NCBI GenBank assembly: GCA_049301455.1
Contig: JBAQKY010000025.1
Span: 1 to 60,500 of the forward strand
Origin: Microgenomates group bacterium
GTDB lineage: Bacteria > Patescibacteriota > Microgenomatia > UBA8517
DNA length: 60,500 nt
Reading direction: 5' to 3'
The translations under genes were made by a program, and so were the position numbers. Under the pieces are notes generated by a model, which saw nothing but the letters and a program-made list of their open reading frames with translations, did no database searches and had not been told where the DNA came from. Below, piece after piece: positions 56,756 through 60,500 of the stretch (within the stretch, counting starts at the first letter, position 1; every line of letters begins with the position of its first letter).

Positions 56756-57284
56756 GAATAATCTCTGCCATGGTTAATATTTTTTTAGGCGCGGAGATCT
56801 CTCCTTCTTTAATAACTGTAGACAAGAATTTAAATTTAGTATTTATTTTTTTAACCGTTTCTTTGTTGTCATTATCTAAAAGGTTTGCTCTTAAATATCC
56901 TACTGTTTCATGACTTAGTAATTTAGCAAATTTTAAATATGTATCCAGATTAATGAGATGGTTAACTCCAGTATCTGTATCGTTTTCTTGTGGTTCAATT
57001 GTTCCGCCTCCCATTGCAAGTTGCACCAAATCTCTGGCATCTATAAAATATTTTTCACTAAAACCAAAGATCTGTTCATCAAGTATTTTAACAGCTTTTG
57101 CAAGTGAATAAGGTTCAGAGTTTATTGGTAATTGTATGCCTTCAATATCAAATTTAATAACAGAAGAAACCTGGGAGTGTTTAATGTGATATTCTTGTGC
57201 GTGATTTAAGATACATCCTTCTTCGTTTAGTAAGTTATAAACTTGATCGTTATCTAATAAACTATCTTTTCTTCGGTCTTTCAT
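56748..57284 (-). CDS. Hypothetical protein, 178 aa
   Basis: Intact ORF. No family recognised. Confidence 0.5.
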   Translation of the reverse strand: MKDRRKDSLLDNDQVYNLLNEEGCILNHAQEYHIKHSQVSSVIKFDIEGIQLPINSEPYSLAKAVKILDEQIFGFSEKYFIDARDLVQLAMGGGTIEPQENDTDTGVNHLINLDTYLKFAKLLSHETVGYLRANLLDNDNKETVKKINTKFKFLSTVIKEGEISAPKKILTMAEIILK

Positions 57285-57325
57285 TGTAGTATTGTAATTG
57301 ATCCTAATTTAAAATCAATAGTCTA

Positions 57326-57354
57326 TTGACTTCGTTTTAACTTCGGCATATATT
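57326..57354 (+). promoter_or_regulatory. Promoter of the small-ORF/dinB operon: TTGACT, 17-nt spacer, TATATT
   Basis: TTGACT at 57326-57331 and TATATT at 57349-57354. ATG at 57366. Confidence 0.55.
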
Positions 57355-57365
57355 TAATATTGTAT

Positions 57366-57596
57366 ATGCAAACAATATCCGAACAAGTCAGTGTTAGTTT
57401 AGTTGATAATATACCCACTTCAATGTCTTGGAGAAATAGAGATTATAAAATTACCAAAGTTGGACTCCATCACACTTATCTTGAAGGAAAAATACTAGTC
57501 CATATCTTTTCAGTTCTTGCTGGTGATTTATTTTTGAAGTTAAAACTTAATACTAAACATTTAACATGGAATTTAACAGAAATTTACCAAGGATAG
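57366..57596 (+). CDS. Hypothetical small protein, 76 aa, overlapping the dinB start by 31 nt
   Basis: Sequence MQTISEQVSVSLVDNIPTSMSWRNRDYKITKV... with an ATG start at 57366. No family confidently recognised. Confidence 0.45.
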   Translation: MQTISEQVSVSLVDNIPTSMSWRNRDYKITKVGLHHTYLEGKILVHIFSVLAGDLFLKLKLNTKHLTWNLTEIYQG

Positions 57597-58753
57597 TTCA
57601 TCTTGATATCAACTCTTGTTTTGCAACAGTTGAACAACAAGCAAATCCTCTGCTTCGTAACAGACCTGTTGTAGTTTGTGCTTATACTACAAACTCTGGC
57701 TGTGTTTTGGCTGCTTCTGTAACAGCTAAAAAACTTGGAATTAAAACTGGAATGAGAGTGATGGACGCAAGACTGATATACCCTAAAGTTGTAGTTCTTT
57801 CTCCAGATCCTCCAAAGTATAGATATATACATAACAAAATTAAAAAGATATTGAAAGATTATTCAACCTGTGTGGTTCCTAAATCAATTGATGAATTTGT
57901 TTTTAAAACCATTAGTGATAAACCTTGGGAAGTAAGCCTTGAAATTAAAAAGCGTATAAAGGAAGAAGTTGGTGAATATATAACAGTATCTATTGGGATA
58001 TCAACAAATAGATACCTTGCAAAAGTAGCTAGTAATTTGCAAAAACCTGATGGACTGTCTGAGATAAACAAAGACAATATTAGAGAAATCTTTTCAAAAC
58101 TCAAGTTGACTGATTTAACAGGAATCAAAAAAGGAAACTCAAAAAGATTAAACTTGTTTGGGATAAAAACAACAACTGATTTTTTTGAATCTTCTGTATC
58201 TAAACTCAAACTAGCCTTTGGTGGTATTGGTGGTTTGTATTGGTATCTACGGCTTCATGGTATGGAAATTGACGACTTTAAATCAAAAAGAGGTATGTAT
58301 GGTAATTCTTTTGCACCACCTCCAAATAAGGCCAACATGACCTTAGAAATACTATCAAAACTTTCAGAAAAAACTGGCTTAAGGCTTAGAAATGCCAACT
58401 TAAAGGCTTCGGGAGTTCATCTCTTTTTAGAAGATAGGAATGGCAACGCTTGGCATATGGGCAAGAAATTAAAAAGGGATATTTTTAATTCTAACGACAT
58501 ATATAAAGAGATGAATAATCTATTAAGTATAAGTCCTATAAAGGACAATCTAAGACATATTGCTATTTCGACTTTTAATCTAAAGCCAATAGACACGCTC
58601 CAGCTCGAAATTTTTGACGACGTATTAAAAAAATCAAAATTAACTGAATCTTTAGATGTAATTAATACTAAGTATGGAGATTACACGATTTACCCTGCCA
58701 GAATGATTAACACTGAAGATATGATTAAAGATCGGATAGCTTTTGGACGGTAG
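57566..58753 (+). CDS. dinB: Y-family DNA polymerase IV
   Basis: Motifs IVHLDINSCFATVEQQANPLLRNRPVVV, catalytic SIDEFVF, and ISTNRYLAKVAS. Confidence 0.9.
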   Translation: MEFNRNLPRIVHLDINSCFATVEQQANPLLRNRPVVVCAYTTNSGCVLAASVTAKKLGIKTGMRVMDARLIYPKVVVLSPDPPKYRYIHNKIKKILKDYSTCVVPKSIDEFVFKTISDKPWEVSLEIKKRIKEEVGEYITVSIGISTNRYLAKVASNLQKPDGLSEINKDNIREIFSKLKLTDLTGIKKGNSKRLNLFGIKTTTDFFESSVSKLKLAFGGIGGLYWYLRLHGMEIDDFKSKRGMYGNSFAPPPNKANMTLEILSKLSEKTGLRLRNANLKASGVHLFLEDRNGNAWHMGKKLKRDIFNSNDIYKEMNNLLSISPIKDNLRHIAISTFNLKPIDTLQLEIFDDVLKKSKLTESLDVINTKYGDYTIYPARMINTEDMIKDRIAFGR

Positions 58754-59219
58754 ATCCTGCTTTTATTCCATTTTTATCACTAAAACCAGCATTTACCTCT
58801 AATACATAATCAATTTCAGATGGTGCAGGATATTTCTTAAGTTGAGAATCACTCTTGTTAGGTTCTGGTTCAACATTTTTATTAATTGATACTATTTTAT
58901 CGTCATTGATCCAAATAATATCTAATGCAATCTTGGTATCTTTCATCCAAAATGAAGGTTTAGAGTTTTTGTCGAAAACAAAAACCATTCCTGAGTTTTC
59001 TTCTAGTTTTTCTCTGTTGGATAATCCTTTTGATCTCTCAACGTTTGTTCTGGCCACCTCAACCTTAATCTCTTTGTCATTGATTACGATACTCTTTGCA
59101 TGTTGGTTACTGTTGTCTGTTGTTTTGATAAATTTATCTAATTTACCTTGACTAAGAAGACCTACAAGGGTTATAAAAACTGCAACAGCAATTATTGGAA
59201 GGAATAAAGATTTAAACAT
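58725..59219 (-). CDS. DUF192 (COG1430) domain protein with an N-terminal membrane anchor
   Basis: Motifs GLSNREKLEENSGMVFVF...FWMKDTKIALDIIWI. Confidence 0.8.
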   Translation of the reverse strand: MFKSLFLPIIAVAVFITLVGLLSQGKLDKFIKTTDNSNQHAKSIVINDKEIKVEVARTNVERSKGLSNREKLEENSGMVFVFDKNSKPSFWMKDTKIALDIIWINDDKIVSINKNVEPEPNKSDSQLKKYPAPSEIDYVLEVNAGFSDKNGIKAGSTVQKLSDL

Positions 59220-59455
59220 TAGTTAAGTTCTGCTTGGATGTCTGCTAGTTCAATATCGAGGCTTTCAAAATCTGTTTCGTCTAAATCTTTTTCTATTGCA
59301 TCAACATCGTCAGAATCAGATGTTTGTTCCACTTTTGATATTTGTCTCTCATATTTTTTAGGAAATGAAACATCTTTGCTGGACATAACAATTGCAAAGA
59401 AACCCGAAACTATTACAAGTACTGCAAGAAGTGAGATAACCAATTTGTTTTTCAT
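59219..59455 (-). CDS. Hypothetical small anchored acidic protein, 78 aa
   Basis: N-terminal TM segment and an acidic tail. TAATG overlap with the DUF192 gene. Confidence 0.5.
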   Translation of the reverse strand: MKNKLVISLLAVLVIVSGFFAIVMSSKDVSFPKKYERQISKVEQTSDSDDVDAIEKDLDETDFESLDIELADIQAELN

Positions 59456-59464
59456 TTAAGTATT

Positions 59465-60019
59465 TTATTCTCTGTTTTCTCCAACTCTTAACCCTTTAAT
59501 GTCACCGATAAGTTTTACAAGAATTGTATGAACTTCTTTTAATCCATCTCTAATTTCATTGACTGAGGTTCTAACTTCTTCAAACATCTCTTTTGGATCT
59601 CCGTCAACTAACATTGAATCGATTTTGTCTTGAAGCTTTGTAATTTCAATTTTTACTAATGCAAGCTTTTGTTTTGCTTCATCTAATGACTCTTTGATTG
59701 GCTCAGTTTTGATATCGTTTTCGCCTTCTTCAATTTTTGTAATTCTTGTTTCAATTCTTGCTATTAATTTTTCAATTCTATCTGTGGTTGCCTCAAGTCT
59801 GACAATCATTTTGTTTGAAAAGTTTAGGATTCTTTCTTTTCTAACTGCGTTTAGCTTCTCAATTCTTTCTGTTTTCTTCTCTTCAATCATAGTTCTAACC
59901 TGTTGTCGTTTTGGATTTGGAGTTGCAGAAGGTGTGGATTCTATTGCCATTACATTTGGAACTGAAACAAGGCTAGTTAGAAGTAGGCTAAATATAACTA
60001 AAGAATTAGTAACCTTCAT
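59465..60019 (-). CDS. Hypothetical secreted coiled-coil protein, 184 aa
   Basis: Signal peptide (SLLLTSLVSVPNVMA) followed by heptad-rich sequence. Confidence 0.55.
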   Translation of the reverse strand: MKVTNSLVIFSLLLTSLVSVPNVMAIESTPSATPNPKRQQVRTMIEEKKTERIEKLNAVRKERILNFSNKMIVRLEATTDRIEKLIARIETRITKIEEGENDIKTEPIKESLDEAKQKLALVKIEITKLQDKIDSMLVDGDPKEMFEEVRTSVNEIRDGLKEVHTILVKLIGDIKGLRVGENRE

Positions 60020-60295
60020 AAATTAATACTATACAATCACCATCAAAATTGCAAGTGTGGTGAAAAATACAATTATGGGTATAAAAAGTAGAAAAACACC
60101 TAATGAGTCTTTCTCATGTTTTTTAAGTGTGTGTATTGCTTGCATAACTAAATAATATCACAAATTATTGTGCAGATCTACGAAACTGCTAGAACCTATT
60201 TTCAAAACTCATTTTGAAAATAATTTTATCTGCACCAATCTAACTTCGCAAAGTTATTTTACCATGAAATGGCAAACTTGTTTATCATGTGTTGC

Positions 60296-60500
60296 ATTCT
60301 CCAAGGGAGGGGTCAAAGGGGAAGGAATTGGAGAATGCTCGTGTTTCTCTGCTCGCCGCTTCGCGGCTCGCAACCACAGTCGAATCTTCCGCTCCAGGCC
60401 TCCACTCGCTTCGCTCGTTTCGGCCTTCCGCTTACCCACTGTACTACCAAAGGGGAAAGCCCTTGCGAGGGCTTGACGGTATACCGTCAGGTACTTTACA
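60296..60500 (-). ncRNA. GC-rich structured RNA, class unresolved, truncated by the window end; strand call tentative
   Basis: Hand counts give 34, 37 and 36 G+C per 60-nt line over 60301-60480 (57-62%), against 17 per 60 at 60001-60060. Stacked hairpins: GACGG-uaua-CCGUC; GCCCU-cgca-AGGGC; a 9-bp GCAUUCUCC...GGAGAAUGC stem. On the minus strand, two hairpins have GAA triloops flanked by tandem G.A pairs (ACGAGC-GAA-GCGAGU and UGCGAGCCGC-GAA-GCGGCGAGCA). Confidence 0.6.

Noticed and set aside
60090-60403. Standard one-piece tmRNA (ssrA) on the minus strand
   Set aside because: The GAUUCGAC and UGCGAGCCG motifs resemble the tmRNA 5' end. However, the putative acceptor 5' strand (GGAGGCC) lacks G3 for the G3:U70 pair. 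No T-arm or ...CUCCACCA-type 3' end occurs within about 370 nt downstream. No tag ORF ending in a typical ..AA precedes a stop. The GC-rich structure also continues about 100 nt upstream of the supposed 5' end. Kept only as one hypothesis for the RNA locus.
60168-60476. Track ORFs 60168..60476 (+) and 60254..60439 (-) as protein-coding genes
   Set aside because: Both lie in the 57-62% G+C island with stacked hairpins. They overlap each other on opposite strands. Their products are low-complexity (Ala/Arg/Ser/Pro-rich) and unlike any other protein in this AT-rich window. This is typical of spurious ORFs over a structured RNA gene.
60296-60500. Group I intron, rRNA fragment or cobalamin riboswitch as the identity of the GC-rich RNA
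   Set aside because: Local similarities exist: plus-strand GGGGUCAA, CCAAAGGGGAAAG and CCUUGCGAGGG resemble Tetrahymena P4-P6, and CCCACUGU resembles the B12 box. They are short and not colinear with correct spacing. No 16S, 23S or 5S landmark sequences were found.

Overview
AT-rich, gene-dense bacterial chromosome segment (background about 28-35% G+C on lines counted by hand). Its content suggests a Patescibacteria/CPR-type genome, which is an inference: a secretin-less type IV pilus locus with about 10 pilin paralogs, domain-reduced housekeeping proteins, an LCP protein, an RRM protein and many small orphans. In order, the window holds: a roughly 860-bp ORF-free region, then xerC; an LCP protein and a SIMPL protein; gyrA; ppa; gyrB with a holB-like gene; and a UDP-xylose-synthase-like gene. 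Next comes a large type IV pilus locus (15.7-33.3 kb): pilB-pilT-pilC, the major pilin, pilD, nine more pilin-like genes, a convergent three-gene secreted-protein cassette, and pilX-like-pilM-pilN-pilO. After that: KH protein-rpsP-rnc-nusB-rpmF-recG, tyrS, a class A PBP, and an E. coli-like thrS-infC-rpmI-rplT-pheS-pheT cluster on the minus strand. The window ends with a sugar epimerase, typA, an SDR, tRNA-Ala and tRNA-Val, a PPIase-less trigger factor, an RRM protein, hydrolases, a dinB operon, a DUF192 protein, and a truncated island of about 60% G+C that looks like a structured RNA. Best hunt results: (1) a textbook ribosome-mediated Phe attenuator between rplT and pheST, with a 14-codon leader carrying 5 Phe codons and mutually exclusive antiterminator/terminator hairpins; (2) the unclassified structured RNA at the window end; (3) the ORF-free region upstream of xerC, with one perfect DnaA box and several short repeat families; (4) a major pilin with no canonical start codon; (5) recurrent promoter geometry that predicts leaderless mRNAs. 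No CRISPR array, transposase or clear prophage was seen. All calls come from reading the sequence and from remembered family signatures; no searches were run.
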